Assembly: GCA_013239625.1 (NCBI GenBank)
Contig: MU054187.1
Location: 24,926,433 to 24,990,432 of the forward strand
DNA length: 64,000 nucleotides
Reading direction: 5' to 3'
Source of the DNA: Lama guanicoe
Taxonomy: Eukaryota
Shown here piece after piece: positions 41,411 to 54,596 of the stretch. Each line of letters starts with the position of its first letter. Position 1 is the stretch's first letter. A program made the translations under genes and the position numbers. Under the pieces are notes generated by a model, which saw only the letters and a list, made by a program, of their open reading frames with translations, was not told the DNA's origin and did not search any database.

Positions 41411-43312
41411 CAATAAACTCATACATATATAGTCAACTAATATTTTACAAGGGGGCCAAGAATACACAATAGGGAAATGCTAGTCTCTTCAATAAATGGT
41501 ATTGGGAAAATTGGATATTCACATGCAAAAGAATGAAATTGTACCTACACACAACTCACAAAAATTAACCTGAAACTGATTTAAAAAGTTAAATGGAAGA
41601 CCTAAAACCACAAAAATCCTGGAAGAAAACAGGGAGAAAGCTCCTTGACATTGGTTTTGGCAATGTTTTTGGGTGTGGCATCAAAAGTACAAGCAACAAA
41701 AGAAAAAAATTAACAAGTGAGACTACATCAAACTAAAAATTTTCTCACAGCAAAAGAAATAATAAAGTGAAATGGAAATCTATGGAATGAGGGAGGTATT
41801 TGCAAATCATATATCTGACAAGGAGTTAATATCCAAAATATATAAAAAACTCATACAACTCAATAGAAAGAAAACCAAAACAATGCACGAATAGACATTT
41901 TTCCAAAGAAGACATTCAAATGGACAACAGGTGCAGGAAAAGGTGATCAACATTAATACTCATCAGGGAAATGCAAGTCACTTCACATCTGTTATGTTAG
42001 TTGTTAAAAAAAAGACTAGTGATGAATATTGGTGAGAATGTGGAGAAAAAGAATTCTTGTGTGATGTTGGTGGAAATGTAAATTGGTTCAATGATTATAG
42101 AAAACAGTGTGGAGGATCCTCATGAAATTAAGAAAGAACATATCATTCTGCAATACTACTTTTGTGTATACTTTCAAAGGAAACATAATCATTATCTCAA
42201 AAAGATAATGTACACTTGTATGTTTATTGCTGCACAATAGCCAAGATACGAAAATAACCTGTTTTTATCAGTTGTGCATGAATCAGACTCACAGAAAGAC
42301 TCACAGACATAGAAAACAAACATGGTTACCAGGATTTGCAGATACAAACTACTATATATAAAATAGATAAATAACAATGTCCTACCATATAGCACAGGGA
42401 ACCATATTTTATATCTTATAATAGCCTATAATGATAAAGAATATGAAAAGGAAAAAATATATATATGTTTATGTGTGTAACTGAATCACTATGCTGTACA
42501 CCAGAAATTAACACAACATTGTAAACTGACTATACTTCATTAAAAAAGAGTACATACACCTACACACACACATACACACAAACTAAACTGTTATAAACCC
42601 ATAATAAGGAAGAAATTCCTGCATCTGTGATCACATATTTGAACCTGTGAGCATCATGCCAAGTGAAATGTCACAAAGATAAAGGCAAAGTTGACCTTTG
42701 AACAACATGGGTTTGAAATGTGTGGGTCCACTTATACACACATTTTTTCAATAGGTACACACTATATTACCACACAGTCCATGGCTGGTTGAATCTGTGG
42801 GCATAGCACCTTGACTATGGAGGGCTGACTGTAAAGTTATACACAGATTTTTGACTGTGATGAAGGATGGTGCCCCTAATCCTCATATGGCTCAAGGGTT
42901 AACTGTACCACATGGTCTCACTCACATGTGTAATCTAAAAAAGTCAAATTCATAGAAATAGTGAGTAGATTGGTGATTTCCCAGGGTAGGAGGGTGGGGG
43001 AAATGAAAGATGTTGGCAAAGGGTGCAAACCTTCCATTATAAGATGAATAAATTCTGGGGAATCTGATGTATAGCATGATGATGACAGTAGTTAGCAATA
43101 CTGTATTATACACTTGAAACTTGATGAGAGTAGATCTCAATGTTCTCACCACAGACACACACACAAAATGGTAACTATGTGAGGTAATGGATGTGTTAAC
43201 TAATCTTATTGTGGTAATCATGTTGCAATATATACATATACCAAAGTACATTATACAACTTCAATTTATATAACATTGTTTGTCATTTTATTTCAATAAA
43301 GCTGGAAAAAAT
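41411..43312 (+). mobile_element. Older LINE-1 3' portion carrying nested insertions (young L1 tail ~42284-42548; Tigger-type element)
   Basis: ORF2 3' text (AGTCTCTTCAATAAATGGTATTGGGAAAATTGG) and an L1MA/MB-style 3' UTR ending TTTCAATAAAGCTGGAAAAAA. Confidence 0.88.
42688..42905 (+). mobile_element. Non-autonomous TcMar-Tigger element (Tigger2-like)
   Basis: Termini AGTTGACCTTTGAACAACATGGG and CTCAAGGGTTAACTG followed by TA; internal GGGTCCACTTATAC. Confidence 0.8.
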
Positions 43313-45719
43313 TGGTCACCCTACTTTTAAGCCAAGTTCATATACTCCCTTACCATATTCCCACCTACTAATGCAGTTGAGGAACAGATACTACAAAGCT
43401 GATGCCAGAAACTTTCCCAGAATCTTTTTATATTATTCTTTTCCTTCCTTTTTCTAACTTCTTTTACTGTAGTATGCAGAGTTCCAGGCTTCTACCTGTT
43501 GGTCTTAATTCTAATGTAGACTTTGGCTCTTTGGACATGTGTTATTATTTGGCTTCCTGGGGATTTTACTTTTAGTGCCTATCTAACTTGACTGGGACTT
43601 GTCCCCTTGTCCCCCCACACTTGATGCTTACAGGTTAACATACTGAAATCTTACACAGCTGAATGAGGGCAAACTGTTGCCAGGACCTGTACCTTTTTCC
43701 ATGTTGAAGCCTAACAAAACACAAACAAGGGATAGCTATTCCACGAGGCAGAAAAACTTAAAAATCATTATTTTTGTACTTGTCATTTCTTAGTGTTCAG
43801 AATCCACTTTTTCATCAAACTGAAAAATCAATAGCACAACCCTGAATGCTGAGTCAAAGAATGAGGCAAAGTAATATGCTGTAAGACACAATTTTCCAGG
43901 TTTGTGCAAATGTCACAGGACTAAATATTTACAATATTGTGAATATATTTGTTCTACTAGCAGGGTATTGCATACACACACATACACATGCAGAACACGT
44001 ATGGGGAGAGTAAGTCTCTGACTTATTTTAAGGGTTAATCCTTATGTCCTTAGATAACTGATACTAACATGTGAGAATGCTTTTCATATCTGACTTGAAG
44101 TCTAATATACACACTGTGGAATTTCAAACACATTTTAATTTACTCATTACCACCATTAGCCTCAATAAAGTCAGAATCTCTGACTACAGAAAGATAAATA
44201 CTAGTGTTGACAATGGAAATTTAAACAAAAACATGAGTAATGAATTTGCTTATTAACCATTAACAATATTAGATTTGAGATTCTGTGAGTATATCTAACC
44301 ATGCTTAGATAGTATAATTTTATTATACATGCAGTCTCATAAATCTTATGAACAGATTGACTTGAATTAACATTAGAACCAAGTAGACACTTTTAAGTAA
44401 CTGTTAAAAAATTGGAAGAATATACTTGCTAAGAAATGACAGAATTTAAAATAAATTTGCAATCTCATTAGAATTAAATGTGAGGAGAAATACAAATTGT
44501 TTTAAAAACAGTTTGAATCATAAAATCTTTGTTGCAGCTGTTAAAAAGGAGACTACATTTTCTTTAAACATAATAAAAACTAGAAGTGAAAAAATATTCT
44601 AAACAATAAGCATGACTTAAATGAATAGTTCTAAATGATAATAATAGTATAAATGTACTGGGAGAGACCCTTAAGTTACATCTTTTTTCCCTTCAACTTT
44701 TCTGAGAAATAATTGACAAATGTAATTGAATATATCAAAAAAGTGATGGTTTGATATGAATATTTATTGTTGAATGATTACCAAGATCAAGATAGTTAAC
44801 ACATTCATCACCTCACATAATTTTTTTTAGTGAAAATGCTTAAAATCTATTCCCAGCAACATCTTAATTTAATGAATCTTGAATCATTTTAGGTCAAGGA
44901 CAATACCTTATTTATCTTTGGACCTCACAAAATGACTAATACTACTTGAACAGAATAAATGATCATGTTAAAATACTTTTTCAAAAAATAATTGTTATGA
45001 AGTGGATTCAAGTAGAAACTATAATGAAGAAACATACTTAATCTGATTTTACACTCCACCGTTGAGTTTGGAGGTAGCATATGTCAAAGCTTGAAATAAA
45101 ATCCTTATCAGATGTTAAATTTTAGGTAATTTTAATGTTAATTTTTAGATAAATCAGTTAAAATATATACATATACATGCATGGCACACACACATTCACA
45201 TTGGGAAATTTTATACGTTACTGTATTTTAACTGGTTATCAATTCCATTCAGTTTTTCCTGTTTCAAACCACTTACACTGTCACATAATACATAATTCAT
45301 TCACTACATAAGATTGATCTACAGTATTTTGAGTACGGTACTTGGAAATTCTGTCAGGAATGTGTGCTCCTAAAGCTTAAAATGGAGCAAAGTATCCTTA
45401 ATTTCTCTTGTTCTTTTTGCCTTTTAAATGTAGACTTTCGTTTTGAATGCTGGTGGTCATCTGGAAGGGTATTTAACACTTCAGATTATCTAAACACTCC
45501 TTTTAAACAGCCTCAGCTGGTTCCTTCAAATACCATCTTAATGTTGATACCCAGTCTGGATCTCTCTTCAAGATCCCCAAATCTTATTTATCACTGCCCA
45601 AGAGATAATATTTTCTCAACTTTGATGTCTCAGAGGAACCTCAAATTCAGCACAAACAAAAGTAATTAGTAATTACCATTACTCCTTGGGAGATACTTTC
45701 TTTCTAGCTCCAATCAGCA

Positions 45720-46310
45720 TTCACTTTTATTCCCATCTTATGTTCCAACACTTTCCTCTCTTCACATGATATTAGAGGAGCTATTAGTCCAAAAATTATA
45801 TTTTAGAGATTCCTTGTGGCTAGGATCCTGGATGTGATTTAGGTTCTGCCAATGAAATGCATTCATGAGCTATTGGGAAATTGGAGGCCATCCTCTTTTA
45901 CAGTGTTAATGACAGAAAAGCATCTCCAGCAGACATGAGTGTCTGCACGTGTGATGTTCCCCACATGTGATGTTGGCAGCAGTGTCCTTACCTCCAGGTG
46001 GAAACAGCTGTTCCTTATCTGTGAATTCTGCTTCCTGCACCAAATGCTGACTGATACACCCCTGAAATGGCTTCTCACTGTGCATTTTCCAACTTGGAGA
46101 ATGTCACCACCATCCAGACTACTACCCAAATCAACCAGGATGCAGATGGGTCCCAGATCTAATATTCTACTTCACTGGTTGGACACACTGACTTATCTGA
46201 CCCACAGTCACCCCTAAACTGGCACATCTAAAATAACTTCTTTCAAAAATCAGTTTAAGAAAATAATACTGTTATTAACAGAGGCAGACAATCCTCCCAG
46301 TTGGATTGTC
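45720..46310. mobile_element. Possible old ERVL LTR (LTR33/LTR16-like)
   Basis: GATTCCTTGTGGCTAGG...GGATGTGATTTAGGTTCTGCCAATGAAATGCA resembles old ERVL LTRs; boundaries uncertain. Confidence 0.4.
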
Positions 46311-49300
46311 CTATGTATTAATTGTAGCACTATGCTTCTTCAAGGCACTGGGGGTTGAAAGGCTGGACTCATTTTTCATTTTTTGTCTTTCTTCTCTAAC
46401 TTTCAATTATTATCTGTTCAGGAACTTATCATTTTCATTGGATATTGCAATAGCCTGTTAAGTGATCTCTGTATCTCTGGTCTCCTTTTCTCAAATTCAT
46501 TCTGTTGCTATGACAACACTGATCTTAAAACTCTACATTGAGTAATTCCTTTCTTTCTTTGCAAACCTTCGATTATTTCCTATTGACTATTTTATAAATT
46601 CAAAACACCTTATCCTGGCATTTAAACTTTTTCCATAATCTTATTTGAATTTATGTCTCCTCATACTTCGAACTGTTCCCTCTGTGAACCAGTCAGGATG
46701 GGATAGGTTATGTTGTGTTAATAGGCAGCTCCTAATATCAGTGGCTTAAAATAACAAATGCATGCTCCATATTCCTAAATCCCAGTTGGTCCTCTGATCC
46801 ACACTGTCCTTATACATGGAGCCAGACTGATAGAGCAACACTTTCTGAAACACTGCTAGTCATTGTGGCTGAAGGAAGAGGCACTCTGGTCAATCTTGGA
46901 CTAGAACTAAAAGTGTGGGCCAGAAATAGTCACATGGTCAACCTGATCATTTTCCCATTTTCCTGTAGAGCCAGAAATACAGCTACTTCACTCTTCTACT
47001 CATGGCCTTCTTTAAATATTCTAGGGTAGAGAAGAAAGATGAGAAAGACATTTGAACAAATGAGTTACAGAAAATAGAAAAATTAGCAAAATTGAACCAG
47101 ACAGGCAGGTCATTTAAGAATTTACAAACTATTGCTTATCCACCTTTTTGTAACTTAACAAAGTTGCTAAGTAGCACATTGATCTTCAAAGGACAATAAA
47201 TTGTGCCTACTCTGCAGCCATCTCATCTTTATGCCAACAAATTGCATACTGGGCAGAACTGAATTCTTTAGGAGCCACTTGTTACGAAGAAGAAAACCTC
47301 AGCATCAGCTTTGTGAGACTAACTTGGAATTATATCACATTGCAAGGGCAAAGAAACTGATACCCTTAACTTTTCGTCATTTCATATATTTTAATTGATT
47401 TCTTAAATATCAAAGGAGTATTGATAATATTTGAATGAGATAAAAAGAACAGTAATAAAGTAAACATCCTGGAAATTTTATAGGAGGGTTAGTCAAATAA
47501 TGCCTTTTCTCATTTCTGAGAGATCTGAACATACAGTCCTGATTGATTTAGGGGTATTGATTCATCCTTCAGAGTTATCCTCCCTCTGGCTTTACTTTCT
47601 TCCCTTAAGCTCTATCACTGTCTACAGTTCTCATATCCATTTGCAGATTCTTCTCCTTTAAGCCTTTCTATTTATTTTTCTTAATTTCTTAGGTAGTTCT
47701 TTCACCCTTACTTATGCAGGTTCTCTTTTTCTTGGTACCTTTATAGTCCAAATTTCAAAGTCCTAAACTATTACATGAATTGAAGTCAGAGTTTTAGGAA
47801 ATTTATCCTGCTGCTGTTTCCTCATGCTTACACCAAACCTACAACTTCAAAAGAGGAGTACATTTTGGTAGTTAATAGTTTTAAAAGCTCTCAGTATTCA
47901 GAATCTATAAAGTATAAGGGTCATTTTTAGAGGTCAAAATATTGTATAAATTTTGGGGGGCTAATTTGTAACTGTCAGGAACAGAAAAAGAAATAGAGAT
48001 TTTGATCTCAAGGCCAATCTGGTTTGATTTCCTGTTCTACTACTTACAAAAGTGTATTTCTTAATTTCTTTGAACCTCAATTGAGTAGATTACATAGATT
48101 TTGTAATTTAAGTAGATTAAGGTTTCTTTATTTAAGTAGATTTCTTAATTTCTTTGAATCTTAGTTTTTTTTTTAATCTGTAAATTGAGGTTAATAATGC
48201 TTAGCTCATAGTTTTGTCTTCTTGAGAATTCAATACTATAATTTGTGGAATGCATGTATTTTTAGGGTTTTGGACCTAGAATATCTAAAAATGAATTCAT
48301 CTGTAACTTAATAAATAAATGTAATTAGGTAATTTACTCAAAATTCTTAACAATATTCAGTTAATCAAATCTTGATTGTTAAGTTCAGGCTCAATTACTA
48401 TACTTTTCTGAGTTTGGCAGTAGATGGAGAGATTGTTTACCATAGTGGTTATTAACATAAAATTTGGAGCAAACTGCACAGGTTTCAATATCTATTCTAC
48501 ATTTGCAGATTTGTGACCTTGAGCAAGTTGCTTAAGATGCCTTGGTTTTCCCATTGGAAAAATAATGATAAATAGTTCTTACCTAACAGATTTGCTTTGA
48601 ATTAAATTAGTTAATCTTTGTAAAGTGTTTTAAATACTTTAGGAGATTGTGTTGGGGGGAAATGATATGTCCAAGGAAGCATCAATGTTAGGTTAATTTA
48701 ATGTCAAAAGTGCCTTTAAATTTTTTTTTTCAACTTTGTGGTTCTCTCCTCTTCTCCCTCTTCAGGTCTGAGCTTAAACATAATTTTCTTCAGCAGACCT
48801 CTTGGATGTCACAGAGAGGGTTCAGTGATAAAAGCATCCTGAGGGCTATCTTCCCTTCTAATTCATAAGGCCCATGAAGGAGAGAGTTTGACTGTCTTGT
48901 TCATCAATGAAACAGCTCCTAGCAGTGTGCCCGGCTGTTGGAGAAGGCATTTCTTCTCCAATTCCTTACACTGTTACTCAGTAGCACATGGACTATTCAT
49001 TGGGAGGCTAATAGATGCAAATAAAAGATAGATTTTCATTTCTATTCTAGCCTTCTCATTTTCAGGAAGACCTGAAATTCCCTCTGAGGCCCTATACATT
49101 TCTATTTGCTACAGAAATTATAGTCTGGTTTTGACATCAAAGCATGAATTCCCACAAGGGTTTCTTATCAGCAAAAGAAGTCATTTTTTTCCCCCACTCT
49201 CAAAGGAGAAAGAAATGTTTTTTCTGAAAAAGGAAGTTAAAGTTTGCTGCACCTTCTTTAAGATTTGAAAGTAGTATAAATACAATCTTTTTTCAGTTGA

Positions 49301-49789
49301 GGTTACCCCTGGCAACCAGCTCCCACAGCTGAATCAGACTTCTGCTTTCTGGTAGTGTCTTTCTGAAGAATTGGAGTTCCTTCAGAAGAATATTAAATCA
49401 GAATTTCAGATGTTTGTTAAATATAGTCTTGCAGTGTTTTCTTCACAAGATTCAAATCATCTGATTATTTGTAAATGTTATCGGCTTCCTATTCAGAAGT
49501 GCTACTCAGCAGGAACTTTTCTCAAGCTCTTTTCTGCCAGTGAGAGAGGATCCTTGGAGAGGGAAGTGAAATAACATTGATGACATTCAGATAATATGCA
49601 AATCAAGCACTCTTACATATTCGCTTTCAATCAACTATTTTATCATCACTGAATAAGTCAGCATCACCATTTCAAAATATAAATGATATAAATATAACCA
49701 AATAAGACTTCATCATTATTATTCATAATCATGCAACATCCACAGAGTAAAAGATAACAGAAATAGAAAAAAATTCTGCTGTATTCTTT

Positions 49790-51525
49790 TAGATTTTGCT
49801 TGTCTGAAATTCTTTATTTCTCCTTCTATTCTAAATGATAGTCTGGCTGGGTAGAGGATCTTAGGTTGCAGGAATATATCTTGCTACTCCCTTCTGGCCA
49901 GCAACATTTCTGCAGCAAAACCACCAGATAGCCTTACAGGAGTTCCCTTGTAACTAACTCTTCATTTTTCCCTTGCTGCCTTTAGAATCTTTTCTTTGTC
50001 TTTAACTTTGGCCATCCTAATTTTAATATAGCTTGCTGTAAGTCTGTTTGTGTTCATCTGGTTTGGGACCCTCTGTGCTTCCTATATGTCAATACCTGCT
50101 TCCTTCTTTAGGTTTGGGAAGTTTTCAGTCAATTTCTTCAAATACATTTCTGATCCCCTTTCCCTGTCTTTGCCTTCTGGAACCCCTACTAAGCATAGAT
50201 TGCTGTGCTTTGTATCTCCCCATAGGTCTCTTATATTGCTTTCATTTTTAAAAATTTGTTTTTTTCTGTCTGGTGTTCTGATTAGGTGATTTTCATTATT
50301 CTATCTTCTAAATCACTTATTCATTCTTCTGCACTATTTAGTCTGCTATTGACTGCCTTTAACTTGGCTTGTATCTTGGTAACTGAGTTTTCTGATTTGA
50401 ATTGGTCTTTATAGTTTCTATTTCCTTTTTATAGTTTCTGCATTTCTATCAATAGCGTTTCTTATTCCCTACAGTGCTTTCATCATCTCCTTTTTGAACT
50501 CAGTTTCTGGTAAACTGTTGAGGCCTACTTCATTGTTTGCTCTTTCAGGGGACTTCTCTTTTGTTTTACTTAGAAGTGGTTCCTCACCTTCTTCATCTTA
50601 CTGATATTTCTCTGACTGTGAATTTAGGAGTAACAGTCACCTACTGTGGTTTGAAGAGCTATTTTTATGTGGGAGTGTCTCTTTGGGGACAGTGTACTTC
50701 TAATATTTTTGTCATGAGTGCTGTTTTTGTTATGGATGGCTTCCATGTCTTTCCGCCATGTGTGCTGGCTGTTACCCCCTTGACTGGGACTGTGATTTGT
50801 GTTGTTGTGGTGCCCAGAGCCTGCACTGGACATTGAGTGGTCATCACAGCCTTGTCAGGGGCTGCATCTGGTCCCCTGTTGTTGGAACAGGTCCGTTCTG
50901 AGCTTCCATGTGTGGTGGGCAGGACTGGAGTGCTTCCTCTGGGAGAGGAGCTGTGGATGCTTTCCCTGCAGGAGATGTCAACCAGGAAGTGCTCTCTGGT
51001 TTTACCTGTCAGTTACTGTGCAAACTTACAAAGTACACTTTCTGACACTGCCCTTGTCTCCCCTCTGCCATGGGAACGCTGGCACCCACCTTGGTATCCC
51101 CCAAGCTCCATGCCCACAAAGCCACAGTGCAGATCTGCTGGCATCAGGCACCAGGACCTGCCATAGTGTGCATGTAGCCACACACCCAGATTCACTGCGG
51201 GCCACAGGGTCAGCCCAGGCCCCAGCCTCACCTCTGCATATGCAAACCTGCTGTGAATGCCGACCTTGCCCCTGCTGTGCTCCAGTGCTCCACCTGGATG
51301 CCCCAGGGGTGCCAAGCCCACAAAGGCACCAGTGGAGAAAGTCTGCCACAGCCGCTTGGGGCTCAACTCAAATGATAATTTTCCTTGTAGTTCCACTTGT
51401 ACAAAATCTCTGCCAGTATCCAGTAGGTATTCTGGGAGACTTCTTCTACATGTAGATGTATTTTTGATGTATTTGTGGGAGTGGAGGATCTCTGTGTCCT
51501 TCTAATTTGCCATCTTGAAGCCAAA
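49790..51525 (-). mobile_element. LINE-1 5' portion (5' UTR and part of ORF1); 3' part missing
   Basis: Same ORF1 text as 39230-39900; 5' terminus AAGATGGC on minus near 51508-51515; GC-richer 5' UTR at 50750-51500. Confidence 0.85.
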
Positions 51526-53183
51526 CCAGGGATAGTTTTCCAATTAAAACTAAAAATGTTTAAGTTTTCCAATTTCTTTCGTTTGAAAGTTCAGAGGAAA
51601 ATGTCACTTATATTCAGGGATATCTAGAGGACTACCTGAACAAATATGAGAATTTATTTTAGGCATCCTAGAAACAGTCCTTAGATTTTTTTTTTAAGTC
51701 AGTGTGATTTTAGTACTGTTGAACTCTTCAGCAGGGTATATTTAAATACCCACATCTAAATAGGGAATCTTGGCTTGGGTCCCTGAGGTTGGAATTGGAT
51801 ACAGGGACAATATCTCTAAACATGTTGAAATTTCTGTTTCCACAGTTTTGATGTTAGCAGTTAGCTGTTGGCTAAATAGCATATTAGAAGTTATAAGTGG
51901 TAGGAAAGTGATATCTTCCTGATTTATTTCTCCTGTCTCGATCAGACAGATAAGATAAAAGTAGCTGTTTTCCTCAAAATCTAATTTCTGGGCTACTGCC
52001 AATAAGGGATACCAGTAAAAGCTGTATGACTGATTAGTACTGATTAGTTTCTGCTGGAGGCATGGTACTGACTTTACCATGGGGGACCAGTTATTAATGC
52101 ATTTCAGGTTTGTCCTCAGTGTATTTCTATTTGTCACCTGGCCCATCTTCTCTTGCACCTGGTGTTTCCTTGCCTTAGTACAAATACTTCTGTTGCCTGA
52201 GCTCTCCACTGGGATATTTTGGTAATAGGCTACCGTTCTGAAGGAGTTTCACCTTCCATATCATCTCCTTTACTCTCAAATTTACCTATTCCTTCAGGTG
52301 ATGCAAACTGCCAAGTTAATCCACACCAATGTGCCAATTTTAATAGTTCATTTTGATATTTTAGTGTTTGCATCATAATAAGGATTTCTGAAAGTGAAAT
52401 GAATCAGTTTCTATTACTGAAATTTAAAACATTATGTGGATTCCTGGGAGACACCTTTCAGGGTAGGTGGGCTTATCTTGGGCCCTGAATTATTGCCCTC
52501 TGGTGAATTTTATTCTCGCCATCATGGGAGATCCATGTCGAGGACTGGAGTTGGAGGTGATTCAGGGTAACATCTTTCCTCACATTTCCAGGAATATCAT
52601 TGTACCACCCCCTTCTCAATCCCCAATAGTTTATTACAATCAGAATAAAGGCCAGGCTCTTCACTGTGGCCTCAGACTTGACTTCTGCCCACCTTGTGAT
52701 CACATCTTCTCTACTCTCTCCTTACATGTTTTAGCCCCTCAGCCATGCCAGCTCAATCTCATTTCTGGCCTAGAGAGTCCTGAAATTGTTAAGGCTGGCA
52801 CCTTCCCAGCACTGAAGTCTCCTATTAGGCTAGTTCCTCAGAGATGCTTTCTAAGCAAGAACATCTAAGCAACTTCTTTCTCTTCTCCTTTGTTATATTT
52901 TCATTACAGTGCTTCTATTTTCTGAAATACTCAAGCTTAATGGTTTTAAAATTTATTTTATGTTTTCTACCATTAGAAGCTCTTGAGATCTGAGACTTTA
53001 TCTCAGGAATGTTGTATTTTGAGGATTCAGAACTATGATGGGCAGATTGCTGATGCTCAATAAATCTGTGGAAAAGAATGTTGGCTGAATAATCATAGCT
53101 GCTGTGTGCTGACTTAACATTCAGGCTAAGAAAAAGAAAACACCTAAATTTATTGCTTCCCTGCAGACAGCCTCATGTGAGAT

Positions 53184-53707
53184 TGCAATCGAGGAGAACA
53201 AACCTGACTCCATACTGTATCTGTCCCTTTAGCTTTAACCACTGTGCCCTGTTTTCTAGGCTCAGCCTTGCCAGCTCTACACCTTTTGTAAAACAATGTT
53301 GCCTTTAGCCTGAAATATATGGGAGAGCCTTTTCTCAAGGCTCAGATCTTTAAGGATGTTAGCACTTCTGCACTTACATAAAGATGACAAGTTGCAGAAT
53401 AGAAAATAACCTTTGTTTTGTTGGAGGTTTATAGGACCACCATGGCCTGACCCACATGGACAGCTGCAAAAACAAAGAATTCCTACAGCAAGAAGTTTGC
53501 AACAACCAACCATACTCCCTCCCCTGGTTTTTTGTATAGAAGGAGCCTGTATTCTGACTGGAGTAGGGTGGTTCTCCAAGACATTAGTCAGCCATCCTCT
53601 CAGTGTGCTGGCTTTCCTAATAAAGTCGCTATTTCTTGCCCCGTCACCTCATCTCTGATTTACTGGCCTGTCATGCAGTTAGCAGAACAAGTTTGGACTC
53701 AGTAACA
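53184..53707 (+). mobile_element. ERV1-class solo LTR
   Basis: TG...CA ends (TGCAATCGAGGAGAACAAACCTGACTCCAT...GGACTCAGTAACA), AATAAA at ~53619, near-matching 4-bp flanks AGAT/TGAT; left boundary less certain. Confidence 0.7.
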
Positions 53708-54596
53708 TGATTCTAGAAGAAGTTGTTACTTTGTTGCACTCTAAACATTCTCAAAATAGAGGAGAATGTGAACACTTCTGCTCTTTGAATATTTTCAGCT
53801 CTTAAGAGAGAAAACAAAGACAGACAAATGAGGGAGAGCTAGTTGTATCCATTTAGAAGAAAAGTGTGCAAAGGATCATAGTGTAACTGCAACATTTTGA
53901 TAAATGATCACTGCAAAGATGAAACTGAAGGGAAATAAAGTCACTGCTCAGAAGCCTGTTGTAGTGAATCTATGCAATATTTTCATCTTCCCTGGAAAGC
54001 AGCAGGATATGGAGTACAGAATAGAGGCTTGATTATGCTAAACACAAATGTGTAAGCAGACACAAAAACTGGTGGCAGACATAGAGAGGCCATGGCAGCA
54101 AGCTCTGTCTCCAGGTTGGCTAGCAATTGATTAAGGCAAATTTCACAAGGAAGAAAAATTGCTTGTATTTGCCATGATGGCAAGTGGCCGACCTTGACAG
54201 ACATCAAGCATCTTAGAGAGGGCCCTTACTTTTTGTCAGCTCCTCGATAAGTAGGTTTTTTTTTCCCTCACAATGATGTTACATTAGTTATTTTGAAGGT
54301 ATATGGGCTCTTGTTGACATGAAAACAGGAAAAAAAGAGAAATAGTTGGATTTTTTCCCTTTACTTGAACTCTTATTTGCTTACTTTATTCCTTTTTGGA
54401 GGTTCTATTTCTATTTTCCTTAGAGCTTTCTCATCAATTTCCCAAACTTCCTCAGTTTCTTCAACAATCTGTCTCATTGAATATCATAACTGGAAGAAAT
54501 CTTTATCAACTTGAAAGGTAAACAATGGTAACACTAATTTGTATTTCTTGATGACTTTTGAGCTGAATACATCTACATTTTGGGGGGGTAAAGTCA

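Noticed and set aside
50799..51455. 218-aa ORF, the longest in the track
   Set aside because: Antisense frame of a GC-rich L1 5' UTR with no domain similarity
51742..52868. 155-aa and 133-aa ORFs in non-L1 DNA
   Set aside because: Non-ATG starts, no recognisable homology or exon structure; compatible with chance
53184..53707. ERV1 LTR as an interferon-inducible (MER41-type) enhancer
   Set aside because: No TTCNNNGAA GAS motif found by eye within the LTR
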